Assembly: GCA_030704615.1 (NCBI GenBank)
Contig: CM060734.1
Span: 39,680,001-39,744,000 of the forward strand
Length of the DNA stretch: 64,000 nt
Direction of reading: 5' to 3'
From: Takakia lepidozioides
Taxonomy: Eukaryota > Plantae > Bryophyta
Below are positions 20,251 through 33,986 of the stretch, in pieces. Below the pieces are notes generated by a model, which was given only the letters and a program-made list of their open reading frames with translations, was not told the DNA's origin and ran no database searches. Every line of letters starts with the position of its first letter. Position 1 is the first letter of the stretch. Both the position numbers and the translations under genes were made by a program.

Positions 20251-20793
20251 TTGTTCCTCCTTCAGAAGCCCAAGGAATAATGGTGTCATTTTCATTCTAT
20301 AGCTATTTTTCCAATACATACACACTCTATCTCAAACCACCTGGCAGGAAATCGTACTCTTTGTACCGACATACTGAGAGAAACAACGTACTTCGTTGAA
20401 TCTGGGAGCTGGAATCACTGACATATTCATTCTTTTTTACTCGATGGAGCATATCATCATAGTTTTGCTCTTTGATCCCACTATGAGAGCCTTGTAGGCG
20501 ACATCTTGTATCAGGAGTCAAAGTGTTGTCTACCTTGCAATAGGTTTGTTCCTCCTTCAGAAGCTCAAGGAATAATGGCGTCATTTTCATCCTATAGCAA
20601 TTTCTACAATATATACACTCTTTCTCAAATCACTTGGCATGAGAATTGTACTTTTTGTACATGCATACTGAGAGAAACAATGTACTGCGTTGAATCTAGG
20701 AGGAATCATCAACATATTGAATTGTTTTGGACTTGATCAAGCATATCATCATAGTTTTGCTCTTGATTCCGCCAAAGGAGGCTCCTAGGCGAC
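20251..20793. repeat. Diverged tandem duplication, ~296-bp period
   Basis: TTGTTCCTCCTTCAGAAGC.CAAGGAATAATGG.GTCATTTTCA at 20251 and 20547. GCATATCATCATAGTTTTGCTC at ~20449 and ~20741. Confidence 0.85.
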
Positions 20794-22149
20794 ATAATCT
20801 AAAGATGCTTAGTGGCCGCTGCCCGAATGCTTGGGGAACAAGCCTATAAGTCCATTGATTTTATGCGTTACTGACTTGTTTTATTCAACCAAGGCGCCCA
20901 ACGGTAGGCTGTGAATACCAGTTGTCAATTGTCACAAAAGAGTTGTTCTGGCAGAGCCGTCGATCAATCCACACAAAGTGTTTTTTGTTGTTCAATCAAT
21001 GAATTGCTCTCAAATTTTGGCGCGGGCAAACTTGGATTGCACCAACTTGCGCCACTTTCGGATCAACAATTTTCTTGAGCATGCATGAGAGTGCGCAAAG
21101 TGCTCTCATTGTGTCGCACCTTGAGTGTTTGACTAGCGATGTCATCAAGCTCCAGGGCGATACGACCAAGATCCAGGGCGATACCAAAGCAATGAACTTG
21201 AGGCTCGATTCTTCGGAGAACAAAGTGGTTTCAATGAGCAAGTTCAATCCCTTTTGCGGACACATTTCTAATTAGGGTAAATTCAATTTCGATTCATTCT
21301 TTTCTGTTTCTTGTAACTAGCTAATTTCTGGATTGTTTCTCGATTGGCTAGAGACTCATTCATGTTGTAGTGGATTTTTACTCTAATGTGATTCTAATCA
21401 TCGTGTCCTGGTTTCTATGGAGGTTGCTGCCAAATTTCGATTGTACAATTATGAGGAGAAATTCTTGCATCTACGTGTTTTCGAAAAATTTAATTTCATC
21501 CACAAAACTATAACCATAACCAACTCTGTTGTTGTTGTTGTTGATACTGAAATATAATCTATTATCTTATGTGATTGCTACTAGCCTCCATGAATTACTC
21601 AACTAGATAATTATAGACCTATGGCAATCATTGTAGTCTTCGGATTCTTCTGATCAAAGGTTTTTTTGTTGGACAAAAGTTGTCGTGGTTGACAATTGTT
21701 TGCATAGTTACAATGAGCTTTGGGTTCCAGTTTTACCAATTATAGCATTTATTACAAAGATGAGTAATGATCTTATGACACCGCAGGCGTGAATGTTGCT
21801 ACTATAGATACGAATGGAAGCTCAATGATAGATAGTCCAAACGTGAATGTTCCATTATTAAGTTCTACAACCAATACTGTTGATCAAAATCGTTCGAAGC
21901 GAAGAGATGCGGTAGCAAACTAGATGCACATGATGTGGATGACGTTATCAATAAACAATTTCGGTTTAGCCCAAACCATCAGGTTGTCATTTTTCATGTA
22001 TAAACCAAAAAGTGCAGAAAAAGATGGCAACAAATATTGGTAGTTGTGTCATTTGATTAAGTCTGTCTCCACAAATCAAGTTGTAAAGAATTCAAACAAC
22101 ATTTGGCCATCTTTTAAGTATTGCTCAACTATTTTCTCAACTATTGGGT

Positions 22150-22370
22150 ATTAGATGGAGTTGAATAGCATAGTGTAAAGAAGCGGTAGATTAGCCGAAG
22201 TAAATATGGGTCTAATGCTTTGAGAATTTCATTAGGTATGTTGCAATCTGGGCCCGACACTTTGAAATTGGAAAGGGGTTTGAGACTTGAATGATCGATT
22301 TCCGAGGTAAAGTGCATGCTTCAGTCAATTTCTAGAGGACTTCTTCTTTCGAGTTTGAATCTGTCTAATT
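22150..22370 (-). mobile_element. Short decayed LINE reverse-transcriptase fragment
   Basis: Minus strand reads FKLERR...SLKPLSNFKVSGPDCNIPNEILKALDPYLLRLIYRFFTLCY, resembling the K.PGPD.IPN..LK motif at the start of non-LTR RT domains. Confidence 0.4.
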
Positions 22371-23208
22371 TCAACAAGAAAGAAGATGATTATATCAATA
22401 ACTTGGGTCCTACGTTAATGAGAACCTGGCAAAAACCTTAGAAAGTATGGATAGCAACATTTGTTTTAAATTGCTCTTAATCGCTCCTTTGAAAGGAATA
22501 AAAAAATCGTTGGTTAATTTGTATATAGCTCATAGATAATAAAATTTCAATACCCTTATCTATTTCCATATAGATAACCGAGCAAGATAACCTTTCAATG
22601 CTAAGTAACTGCACTACTTAGCACTTAGCACTGGTTGATCGATGTCTCGATCTACAACAAAGTTATTTTCTCTTGTTTTAATCTTTAATTCATTTCAAGG
22701 ACCTCTGTCCACATTTGTCCAAAGAACTAAAAAATATATATTTTTACAAATAATTCAATGTTGGAATAGTAGCCGTCAATATCCAAAACAAATATTCCAA
22801 AAATATCTTTAAAAAGTCTTCAACGGGAAAAACAAATGCATGGAATTCATGCAAGCCCTGCCCTATAGTAATTATGAATAGGTAGTAAAAATCTGGAAGA
22901 TCACATAGTGTCTATTAATAAATATCACGGTAACAGGATTTGAGCCCTGAATCACCCAAGCGGCACACAGGTAATATTCAATTGACTTTCATTCATGGCA
23001 TGCACAAGAGGTTGAACTTCATACTTGAAAGGCCAAACAAAACTCGTTGTGACCATGAAATTGTTGATCCATGGGATGTCGTTCATTAGAGATATGGACA
23101 GAATATTCTAGTGACACTTGTCTCGATCTAACTCGGAGCTTATTCGCAAGTATCAGTGCTAAGCATCAAAACCCTTTGCGTAGTGAGTCAAATTAAAAAA
23201 AAACTTGT

Positions 23209-24096
23209 CTAGACTTTTGCACCTAAACTAAGACCGCCAACAAAACCCTTAACACTCTCGCATTCCTTAGTCCCAGTTTGTAAGTCATATGTCCATGTGC
23301 GTTGCTTCATGTCATACATCACAACTTCTGGATTGGATATGTCAGTCCAAATGAATATGAGATTGTCATGGCTCACCACCTCGAAATAGTAGTACCTGCG
23401 ATTGTTATGGCCGCCTGTTGAGAAGTCCATTCTTGTAATCTCCACCCACTCTGCAGTCTTTGTAGAATCTTTGAACTCCCATATTATTACCAGAAGTCGT
23501 CCATGTTCATGTTCAACACGACCCTCAACTAGAATCAGGCGCCCTTCACTCTCTACAAGCCTTGGACTAGCAATACCACCTCCACCAAAGTTGGGCATGT
23601 GTATAGCAACTTTATTAGTCCACATGTCGGCACCCATGTCATAAGCCATCAAAGTGTAGCCGCCAATATAAAACAGAGCAAAGAGAGTAGGGCCACATAT
23701 CACACTTGATACACACCACAAGCACCCTTCACATGCCGGCATCTTTCCAGTCTCGGTCCAACACTCGCAAACTGAGTCATACATGTGTGTTCTCCAATGT
23801 AAATCAGTGCCGTCCTTCCGACACTCGTATGATATCACAAAGATCTTGTAGGTGTTGCTGCGTCTATCCACAATCAATGTGGATACTATTGAGTTGGCGA
23901 GAGGCAGGGCAGGCAATTGTCTGGAACTGTTCAAGAGAGGATTGAACACAATCCATGGTAACTCAGCATCGCCCTTGTCCGTTGTGCAAAGAAATAAGCC
24001 TCCATCTGCAGCACCAACAGTGTATACGGTGTGAATTTGTGTCTCTTCGACACTACTATCAGCATCTGAATTTAGAGGTTTTCTTCTGTCTGATGG
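23209..24096 (-). CDS. F-box-associated / kelch-like beta-propeller region; no F-box motif seen
   Basis: VGAADGGLFLC, WIVFNPL....RQLP.LP, YKIFV, MYDS..ECW, LMAYD....W, PRLVESEGRLILV, IWE...W.E..RM and VMYDM..RTW are typical of plant F-box/kelch C-termini. The frame stays open to a CAG acceptor-like site at ~24097. Confidence 0.7.
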   Translation of the reverse strand, partial: PSDRRKPLNSDADSSVEETQIHTVYTVGAADGGLFLCTTDKGDAELPWIVFNPLLNSSRQLPALPLANSIVSTLIVDRRSNTYKIFVISYECRKDGTDLHWRTHMYDSVCECWTETGKMPACEGCLWCVSSVICGPTLFALFYIGGYTLMAYDMGADMWTNKVAIHMPNFGGGGIASPRLVESEGRLILVEGRVEHEHGRLLVIIWEFKDSTKTAEWVEITRMDFSTGGHNNRRYYYFEVVSHDNLIFIWTDISNPEVVMYDMKQRTWTYDLQTGTKECESVKGFVGGLSLGAKV

Positions 24097-24949
24097 CTGG
24101 GATACTTAGCGTTATGCGTTCTTAACAAATGTTACATTTTGCTTGTATTTGCATATCTTTCCAGATATGTTTGCATGGTCGAAAAGCTGAACATGGGCAG
24201 GTAGTTCAAATGGCCAGCCCAGAGAAAAATTATAATTTGCATTATTTACATGCTCGGACTTGATGGCCTAATGAGCCTCGACGTCGGACGTCCACACGTT
24301 ACGGTATTACTGTTCTTTGCAAGCAGTGTTGCAGATCGCTGTGCACAGTGTGCGACAAACCCTGGGCCAGCTACCCAGATCCAATCCTTTGCCATTATAA
24401 TCAGATTGACACAACCGACAAGGTGGTTTTCTTGCAGAAATTATATCTCAAAGTTGTTGGATTGAATGTTCAGAGTAACGGGCATGTGGAACTTGTACAA
24501 AATTTCAACATCCCCGATCGGAACTGCAGATCTGAACAAAGCTATGGCTGCAAATCCGCATACTTGTGGTGGGACGAAGAGATCGATAGACTCTGAAGAA
24601 TTCTACGTTCGTAATGCTTTCATGTTGCTTCGATCATGCACCCACCAGAGTCCATAGTATGCTAGATGACCTCTGCACACAGCTAGATCGAGCCAATTGT
24701 TTGACCAACCACTAAAGAAGTTAAAACCAGTTCATGGGTACCTGAATCTGTACTACGCGAGCTAATCTTCAGTTTGTCGTGATCAAGATATTACAAGTTC
24801 TCAGCCTAACTAGTACCTTATCTCCAGCTCACATCTCCCTAACATTGCACTACAAAGAAAGTTCCAGAGCAGCCCTGGCCTCAACTTCCCCTCAACTTTC
24901 CACAACCGGTATTAGAACTTCCTCAGGGACCTCCGGGAGGGCTGGATAG

Positions 24950-25330
24950 TTAATGGCTAGCAGAAGCATAGGCGACAAACTGAAAATCGCCTGTGCCCGC
25001 GAGGGTGAAGAAGAGGTAAGCGTCATCGATGTCGACTGATACCGAAAGCCCAGTACTGGAGGACCCAGGAAGGACTTGGTTCACCACGAAGGACACGTAC
25101 TCGCCAGTCCCCAGGGTCACAGTGCAAGCTTGATTGTTATTTGTGTACGGGATGGAAAAAACCTCCCCAGTTTGCAGCGTCTTGGAAGGTTGGCCGGTGC
25201 AGCCCACAGTGGCATCCACCCCGGAGTAGTCAAAGAAGTCCACTTTAGGACTTGGCCGTTGAGCGTCGGCTGCCGACACTAGCACCGCTGCTACCATGCC
25301 CAACAGTCTAAATCTTCCCATTCCCTCCAT
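24950..25330 (-). CDS. Small secreted protein, 126 aa, unknown family
   Basis: Intronless GC-rich ORF with signal peptide (GRFRLLGMVAAVLVSAADA|Q), two Cys and an alternating beta-strand pattern. Confidence 0.65.
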   Translation of the reverse strand: MEGMGRFRLLGMVAAVLVSAADAQRPSPKVDFFDYSGVDATVGCTGQPSKTLQTGEVFSIPYTNNNQACTVTLGTGEYVSFVVNQVLPGSSSTGLSVSVDIDDAYLFFTLAGTGDFQFVAYASASH

Positions 25331-28300
25331 TGAGGTGACTCTGTGTGTATGTGTGTAGAAAGCGTTCCAGGTAGGATAGTGGACTTCAGAGATTATGCGT
25401 GACTAAACATCTAAAGAATCTGGTGGCCTAGTAGTAGAGCTCGAATATAAATTTCTAACAAATCTAGTGACCAGGAAACTGAGACTTATAAAACAGCCTA
25501 GAAATTGCAGGTATTTACAGAGAGCTGTTCAGGAGATTCTCAAGAGAGATCGAGGGGGAGAGAGAGAGAGACAGCTTGGAGCAGTACAGTTATATAACGG
25601 ATGAAACCACGCAAAGATTGTATCAGGAACACAAGTAAGGGGGTTTCTGATGACGCATACGATAGTCTTGCTCGATTTGTGAAGAGAAGACGGCAGTTGC
25701 ACGTGCACTCCACACCATAGCGGGCAGTCGAAAAGACATCTCCGAACGTTATCCACGCCATCTTCTTTCTCTTCCCTTTTTCAAATTTGAAATGTACCCG
25801 TTTGACCGGCCAGGATCGATTAGTTCTGGTGGGCGCACAACTCTGAGGCGTTTGTTTTGTTTGTATGTGTTTTTAAGAAGAATCCGAAACTGCAGTACAA
25901 TTTCTCTTCCTGAACTCTAACACCCCCTCGCTGGATCGACGAAACCAGGCCAGGCCATGGCCAAACTGGGACAGAATGGGGTTTGGCCGGATTGGGAACC
26001 TGTGGGCAAATGGCTCCCTAATTCCTCCTGCATCTCTGGCGGATATACTCGGCACAGCTCGGGTCATTCTGGGTTATGACATGGTCCCGCCTCAATGCCT
26101 CCAACCAATGCAGGGTGGCCCAGGTATACCGACACACAGCTACTGCTCACTAGGTCAACGGTTGATGGTACGTTGATCTGGAAGAGCCTAGTCTAAGCTT
26201 GAATTGTAATCCCTAGAATAGCAAAGAAAGTGAAGCGCTGAATGCAGAAACAGTGGAAATTGGCTCCACATGCTGTAAAGAGCGCTATTATTCGTGGCTT
26301 GCGACTGTAAGTTGCATCTGGGTTGCATATCACACCAAGAACAGTCACATCTATTTGGGAAGATCTGATACTAGAAAGCAGAAGTGGGATTCCATGAGGA
26401 GACAAAGCAACCCCAAGGTGCAAACAGCCCAAAGACAGACGTGACCGAACCAAATCTTCACGAATCATTCTTAGAAGACATCCTTTAAGCTCAACCGGCA
26501 ACATGTGAGTCTGGACTCTGGACAGACATATCTTCGTATCAAAGTCGTAGAAGTTGAAGATCTAAAGTACTCTGGTAACGAAAGAGCTTCATTCCGGCAA
26601 TTCGTCAGTCAGAAAGTCCCTCGACGATGCGGTGTGTGGAGGTGTGACACGCAAACCGACGGGGGCATCTCGATGAGTCAAGTTGAGAGTTTGGTGCGTT
26701 GGTGGGGCCGGACTTCATATCTGACCGCCCCATCTTTCTGATAAGCTTTGACAGAAGCTCATTCAGAGTGATAGAGAGAAAATGAGACGTTTATAGGGGA
26801 TTAAGCTGTGCAGACAACAGAAGATGCAGAATGAGTGTGGGAGAAACTTACTCTTCCCTTCAGTGCATAAGAAGGGTGCCAGCCAAAAGATGGGTCACCT
26901 TGGATGTTTTTCACAGGAACTTGTGTCTACCCATTTGTTCAGTTGTGCAGATCATTCTTACTATGCTTTGGTGTTCTTGGGCTGTAAGGAAGAGACTGAC
27001 AAGGCCGCACGCACACACAGCTGTGGGATGCAAGTCAACACTCCCTGCCATAAAAATTCAGCATGTAGCACAATGTGGAGAATACATTGATGCCACTGTT
27101 TGCATCTGTAGTGACTCTTGATCCTGCTATGGACTTTAGCACCTGGAACTTTTGAGGATTTCCAGCCAGATATCAGATTCCAAAGCTTGAACATTTAATC
27201 CTGTTGAGTACGATAATTAGAGCCATCAAAATACACTCATATCCACCACCAGCCAAACCCTCTTGTTGTCATGTCAACTTACCCACATGCTGATGAATAT
27301 AGCCATACTTTACATGCATGGCTGCCATCCATAATTTATTTTCTGCACACTACAAAGACTGTCAATACGGTCCCGCAGTTCTGATTTGGACTTCTCCAGC
27401 CCTTCCCAGCAGTTCCTTCGGGTTAGTCAATGCGGAAAGGATTAAGGGTTTTGTCCTTGTCATGCATAATGACACCAATTCTCTGACATGGTTTTGGTGG
27501 TTGTCTTGGGGGTTTGGTGTGAAGGCCTGGAGATCGTAGGGAACACTTGGCTGTTGAAAGTGAGAGGACCACTGGTAAACAAACTCTTCTCCCAATCCTA
27601 AGCACTGAGCTTTCCCCTAAGTTCTTTGGTGTGAAGGCCTGGAGAAGACAAAGGCACGTGAGGTTTTCGAAATGTTGTACACTGCATAAAGCTCTCACAG
27701 TAACACAGGAAAACTATGTCGGTTGGACTTACTTAGCCAGATAAGACAATGCATCCACATCAAGGTTGGACAAGCAAACAATTGCCAAACAGCAGTACTG
27801 ACCTTTAGTAGTCGTTCAAAGAACCCAAAGGAAAAATCTCCTCCACTCCAGAGCGATCAAGTTGCACCTTTGCGGCAGAAAAAGGTAACTCAGAAGATTG
27901 TGTGCATACAATGGTGCAACTCTCCCTCTTGCATGAGAGAATCAGATGTGTAGTATGTCAATTTCCACCATCTAATACAAGATTCAAAGTCAGCATATTG
28001 TAACGTTCAGATCACCTTCTAAATGACCACAATACTTCCACCTCCCCCAATAGCATACGTATATGGTGCAGCTTGACATGTGTACAAAGTCTTCAGGATA
28101 ATATGAGCAAAGAACAATCTTGAAGGTCCGCAGACAAAATCAAGTGTCTGAAAAATGACAACACGGCAGAGCATGGTCACCAACCTATGAGAGAATTGGA
28201 AGACTAGTTATGCCAACATGCCCTCCTACCACTGGCACATCAACGACCTTTGGATCCACACAAACCACCTTCGCCTGCACAACACTCAAAAGAGAGAAGT

Positions 28301-28569
28301 GCATTCAATAGGGCCTGAAAGATGAAGTAGATTCTTGACAAGAAAGTCTGCAACGGCCGCTCATGTCCGGCCAGTGTGAACACAGAGGGCCCATGGATGG
28401 AACATGGAAGAGAATCAGAATCATCCGTGTGGATTCGACAGTCCTCAACGGACATCCACTCTTCACAACAAGGAGGTTTCGTCCAAAGCTGGAAGACTTG
28501 CATCCTGTTTAAGAAAAAGAGCTTGGACTCATTGATTTTTTGTGGGAAGCAAAGCTTGAAGCAGTATCA

Positions 28570-31500
28570 ATGGCAGCATCTCTGCAGCGGCCATGGAGTT
28601 GGCGTTTGGGTACTACTTGGGCAGCTGCAAGGCCTTCTGTGCGTCAAAGGCAGGTGTATACAAGAGCGGAGCTTCATGTGGGACCTCCAGTCATTCGTAC
28701 TATTGAGATTCAATCCCGCAAGGCAATAACTCCCCCGTTCTGTCCCCAGGTACCCTCCTCTGAGAGTATGTCCTTGGCACTTTTGTCTTCGTGCAGTGTT
28801 TGAAGAGCATAAAATATCTTCGGGGAAATGAGAGTAGGTAGCAGCGATCAACACAGTTGGGTATCATTTGATGGGCACAAATGTTGCACGGTACACATTG
28901 ATGGAGGAGAGGTGGAAAAGGCAAGCTGCTAGAGAACTTCACTGACTGAACAGATGACGATGAGGAAATCAAGTGTTAGATTGTTGGGTGGTTGTAGGTT
29001 GCCGAGGCGGCGAGATTCCTACTTCCAGACTTCATGAATGTTGATACTACGGTGGCCATCAACATCAACCGTGTTCTCAAGGCTTATGCAAATGCTCGAG
29101 TTGGGTCACATGTGCGCACTTAAGCCTTTTTGAAAATTTAGCCAACCGTATCTGCTCCTATTTCCAGCTTGAAAACCCTTCTTTTAATAATCTTTGGCTT
29201 GTCAAGGCAGCTTGAACATGAGTAGCTTACTATCCAACAATCTGGGTTATTGCAGTGGTGGCTATATTTAGGTACCTTGAATTTTCAGAGAGTTTTTGTT
29301 GAAAGGTCTATTTTAATATTTGGTAGGGACACTCAGGATTTCTGGGGGAACACTGTCTTTGTCACAGCTTTCCCTGACCCTCATAATTTTCTCATTTCTT
29401 TTTGTCTTTGCGATCTTATGCCAGAGTAAGCAGTCAACAGCCAAGAAACATATGCGATGATGAGTTCCTGGGTATGATGGTGGGGCAGCATTTTGGAGGT
29501 TCCACTGGGTATGGTCACAATGATGCAGGAGGGCGGGAGGCCCTGGACTCAGCTTTTGCTGAAATTGTGGGTGCTGAGGCAGCTGTTGTGCGCTCTCAAG
29601 TATGTGCCCCATCTCCCTACAACCCTGGTTGGGTTTTGTTCAACAGAAATCTCCGTGCTGATTTGGAATTTTCATGGACGAGAATTGGGGCTTGGTTGTC
29701 AATGTCCCCATGTAGGATGTCCAGCTGGCACAAAAATTCTTGCAGCCCCAGAAACTTTGGAAACTGTTTTTATCCTCGTTGTCCATTTTTTTAATCAATC
29801 TGGTACAAAATTCTCTAGAATGTACTCATAAGACGTTGTTTGCCGTAGCCTTGTGGCCATTGACCCAGCGCCCAGTTAGGAACAGAACCTAACTTTATCA
29901 GGGGCTGACGCCGGTAGTAAGACTTACTTGGAATAAACAATTGATCCGGGTTTCCAGATATCCTCTAGAAATCCCTAGAAATTCTTTAGAGACTGGTAGG
30001 AAGATTTGGAAATGGGGGGAGGTGTTTGAAGGCAGAGCCCGAGGTTTGAGATGGTGAGACGAATATGCTGTGGTTATCTTTTGATCAGATCCAGAGGAAC
30101 ATGGTGTCCTTGGGTTGGGTGTGTGACCAATAGAAAACAATCCAATAATCTGTCTGTTACATGAACAGTTCGGTTGATTTTCTCTACTGGTTTTCTTCCA
30201 CAGAATCTCAATGTTCTTTCCAGTTGAAGTACTATGAATGTGTTGGGCTGCAGTTCTTTTCTGGCACCCACGCAATTGCCTGTGCTCTTTACGCTGCTCT
30301 GCGGCCAGGTGGTGAGGTATGCTACTCTTAGCTTATGAGTTCGAAGTCCCAGAAAGTGAAGTTTTGTCATCAAGTCGTCTGTGGAGGGGCAAATGTTTGC
30401 TGCCAACATGCTATTCGCATATTGGATTCGGAGAGTAAATCACTGGCACAATGTCCCGTGACACACTTACAAGTTGGAGGGCAGATGTTTAGGGATCTGC
30501 ATATGGCATTCAAGATGGACTTAGGCTGACAAAAGGGGAGGGCAACTTTGACTAGTGGGCAATCAGCTGCTGGCCGTGGCAGGTGCACCCTACGATACAC
30601 TGGAGGAAGTGATTGGACTGCGCGGTTCCTCTAATCATGGATCTCTTAAAGAGTTTGGCATATCGTATCGGGAACTTCCAGTAAGAGGTTCATGCTCTTC
30701 TCAGTCACTTCACATGTTTGAAGCCATTAGATTCTGAGAATCAACATGTGTTACACTTTTGCTTCTGGTCTCTTGTTTGTAAGCAAGGACATCTTGGTCT
30801 TGTCGAGCATGAGTCCTTAGTATAGAACTAACTTCTTCAACCCAGGACTTGGGCTCCTTTGTTTGAACATTGTTTAAATAACTTTGCTGGACTGACAAGC
30901 TCTAATGTGGAAGCCTGTAATGTAGCTCCTGGAGGATGGTGGGCTTGATTGGGAGGGACTCAAGGCGGCTGTGAGGCCAGAAACACAATGTGCACTCATT
31001 CAGCGCTCCTGTGGTTACTCATGGCGAAAGACCTTGACTGTTGCAGAGATTGAGCGAGTCATAGCCATAATCAAGGCAAGCATGCCCGAACACATTTGTA
31101 TCTAAGCTGACAATCAATTAACCCACTAGGAAAGGAACACTGATGGTCAATTCTGTGTTCTGGGTCAAAGCACCTGCTGGACTATCTTGTGTCAGATCCC
31201 CACAGAAATGCCAGATTAGTGTGAAGGCAAAAAGTCAGGCTGCTGTTTATGCTATATTTTCTCTAGCACCAGAAAGCATTTGAACTCATGTGTCTTCATA
31301 CTCTTGCAGTTGACCATTCCTGGAAGGGTGTGTGCTTTCAGCTTATTTGCTAGTAGGGGCAAAACTAAGACAAGTTTGTTGTTGTGTCTTTCAATGCCAA
31401 AGAAACCTAAATCTACAAGTTCATTTTAAGGAAGACTCTGTTCAATGCCCTCTGTATATAATTGGCAGGCTCAAACTCCAAAGTGCGTGGTGGTGGTGGA

Positions 31501-33986
31501 CAATTGCTATGGCGAGTTTGTTGAGACTGTGGAGCCTACAGCCGTGGTTTGTTTGTCTTCCTCTGCTTTACTTTCAGATAGGCCGGACTTCTGTCACAGG
31601 TCAAGGCATCACTCTCTAGCTGATACAAGGAATTCTAAGGGCTAGTTCTTATGATACATAAGTTGAAAGACCTATACCAGGACACTGCACTGGCGTGCTG
31701 CCTTCACCATTTGAGATTGAAGTCATCCAACACTGACCAAGGGCATTATGTGATTTTGCTACAAAGAGCATGCTCATAAGTACCTATCCCTGTGTCTTGC
31801 AACTGTGGGAGAGGGGAGCGCCTTGTCGACTTTGCTTCAATACTTCATAGTTAACACGTCTAGGAAGCTTGAACAGTAGTGTCTGTGATCTCCAAGGGAT
31901 ACCCATAACTGTGTTTCTGACACGAGAGTCTTCATCATGTTAGGAATTAGGCAGTTTACCTACTTCTGGCCTGTGTTAGGGAGCAGATCTAATGGCAGGA
32001 AGCCTGATCAAGAATCCAGGAGGCACTATTGCACCATGTGGCGGATATGTAGCTGGGAAGGCAGAGTGGGTAGAAGCTGCAGCGGCACGGCTCTGTGCAC
32101 CTGGTATAGGCATGGAGGCTGGTGCCACCTCTGGCGATATCATGCGCCTGTTGTTCCAGGGGTTGTTCTTAGCACCCCAAATGGTGGGCGAGTCTATCAA
32201 GGTGGGGCTTTTCCTCCATAATTTATTTCAGAGGTTTGCTATGAGCTGAATTATATCTCACAGTTTGAAGGTGAGTAATGCACCACTCTGTGGGAAGGAG
32301 ACGTTTGTCTAAATTTGAGGAAGGGGCACAAGTGAGATGCTACAGCACTCGGGGAGTCTGCTAGTTGTGGTTATTTCTGGCACAGTGATTATTCTGACTC
32401 TTTTTGAGTAACTGCATTGCTGGATCACTATTCTAATATTTGTGTTGAACACATCCGAGTCTGTGGCAGGGGGGTCTGCTTGTGGCAGAAGTAATGGCTG
32501 CTGCAGGCTACAAAGTGCAGCCGCCTCCCCGTGTGCCTCGCTATGATATAATCCAGGTTTGTCTCAGCAACTTGTTTATCTGTCTTCATGTTCTAAGGAG
32601 CAAGTTGTCCCAAGCTCTCTGGTAGAATCTGCTACTCTTATCACTAAGGTGCCTTCCCAGTGGGCCCTCTACTTCCATTGGCGAGACTTGATGATCTAAG
32701 TAGCGTTACGGTTTTATCATAAGCATGGGACAAGGGTTGGATGGGTGAAAGCCTCCTCAATCCCCTTTTGCTTGCATCTTGTCCTGGTCGTGAAGAGGTG
32801 GAACTATTGATCTCTTATGAGCAAGCTGGGGCCAGTTGATGGAGTTGCTTTCCCCTTCCCCCCTTTGGGGTCTTTCACACAAACTTTCAAAGACAAACAT
32901 ACAAACTCCTTTTGTTTTGTAGGAGTAACAAAGATAAGGAATGTGTGCTCATCTGGTAAAATGTCATGATCAGAAAGAGATTGGAATGATGCACAGGCAG
33001 TGCAGCTTGGCAGTCGAGAGCGTCTTTTGGCATTCTGCAGAGCAGTTCAGAAGCATTGCCCTGTTGGGGCCTACATTCAACCCGTGGCGGGTGCAACTGC
33101 TGGCTATGATTCTGAGGTATGCCCTACCTGTCCAGTGATTTGTCTCATCCTTTTGGTGGTTATTTTCTTTCTTCATTGCCTTTCATTTTGTTATAAGCAT
33201 TGTTTTTTACTTGATGCAGGTGGCACGTTTTGGAAAGTGCAGTTCGTTATTAGATCAAACTTGGTAAGGCGGAATTTTGCTTGTTTATTAGAGGAGGAGT
33301 TACTCACGTGGTGCTCTTAAAGATCTGACAAATGATGTATGGATTTTCCAGGTAGTGTTTGCAGATGGAACATTTGTGGATGGCAGCACCAGCGAACTGT
33401 CATGTGATGGTCCTTTAAGGGAACCATTTGTAGTATTTTGCCAGGTGTGCCTTCTCCTACAATCCTCCATTAGCAGAGCTGTTAGTTGGTGCAGCTGCAG
33501 TGTTGTATGCAACACTCGAACCCCTTGCAAGCCTTGTGATACAAGAGCTAAATTCTCCTAAAATATAGACCCGAGAGCTTGAGGGAGGCTTTCACTCGCA
33601 TGAGGCGCTTAATAAATGTAACCCAAGGAGTCACGGAAGCTCAGGCAGTCCAATTTTAGTATGGGATATTGGACAAGGAGCTGAGGAGAAGGTGTGGGAT
33701 GCAACTCTCCTACAAGCGGCCCAACCCACCCTAGCAAATGTGTTTTTGCTGGCGGAGCGGATAGAGCTCAACATGGTGGAAGAACGAGTGGTCATGGTGG
33801 GAATTGCTAAGGAGACACCACGGGGTAGTGGTGCTCCTAGTCAATCAAAGTTCGGATGGCATGTGCATGCTCAATCAGCCAGCTAGCAATTCTAAGGGTT
33901 GATTTCCATTTGTGTAGGGGGGCAGCCATTGGACGCATTGGGCGCTTGCCCTTGAAGGAGTGTTGGAGGCTCTACAGCAACTATGA
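28570..33986 (+). CDS. YnbB / aluminium-resistance family PLP-dependent enzyme (cystathionine beta-lyase / methionine gamma-lyase-like), with transit-peptide-like N-terminus, 12 exons
   Basis: Exons: MAASLQR..PFCPQ; VAEAA..RVLKAYANARVGSH; HFGGSTGYGHNDAGGREALD..AVVRSQ; FFSGTHAIACAL; LLAVAGAPYDTLEEVIG; LIQRSCGYSWR; VDNCYGEFVE; GADLMAGSLIKNPGG (PLP lysine); GGLLVAEV..RYDIIQ; AVQLG..; VVFADGTFVDGSTSELSCDGPLREP; GGSHWTHWALALEGVLEALQQL* (stop 33984-33986). Confidence 0.9.
29817..29976 (-). mobile_element. Truncated RTEX-like LINE copy E, antisense in an intron of the YnbB-like gene
   Basis: Reverse complement of the shared 3' terminus (AGAATGTACTCATAAGACGTTGTTTGCCGTAGCCTTGTGGCC). TSD AAATTCTCTAG / AAATTCTTTAG. 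Confidence 0.8.

Noticed and set aside
27513-27645. Duplicated 21-mer TTTGGTGTGAAGGCCTGGAGA; similar short duplication at ~5164-5226
   Set aside because: Only two copies with no structure or element boundaries; likely local duplication.
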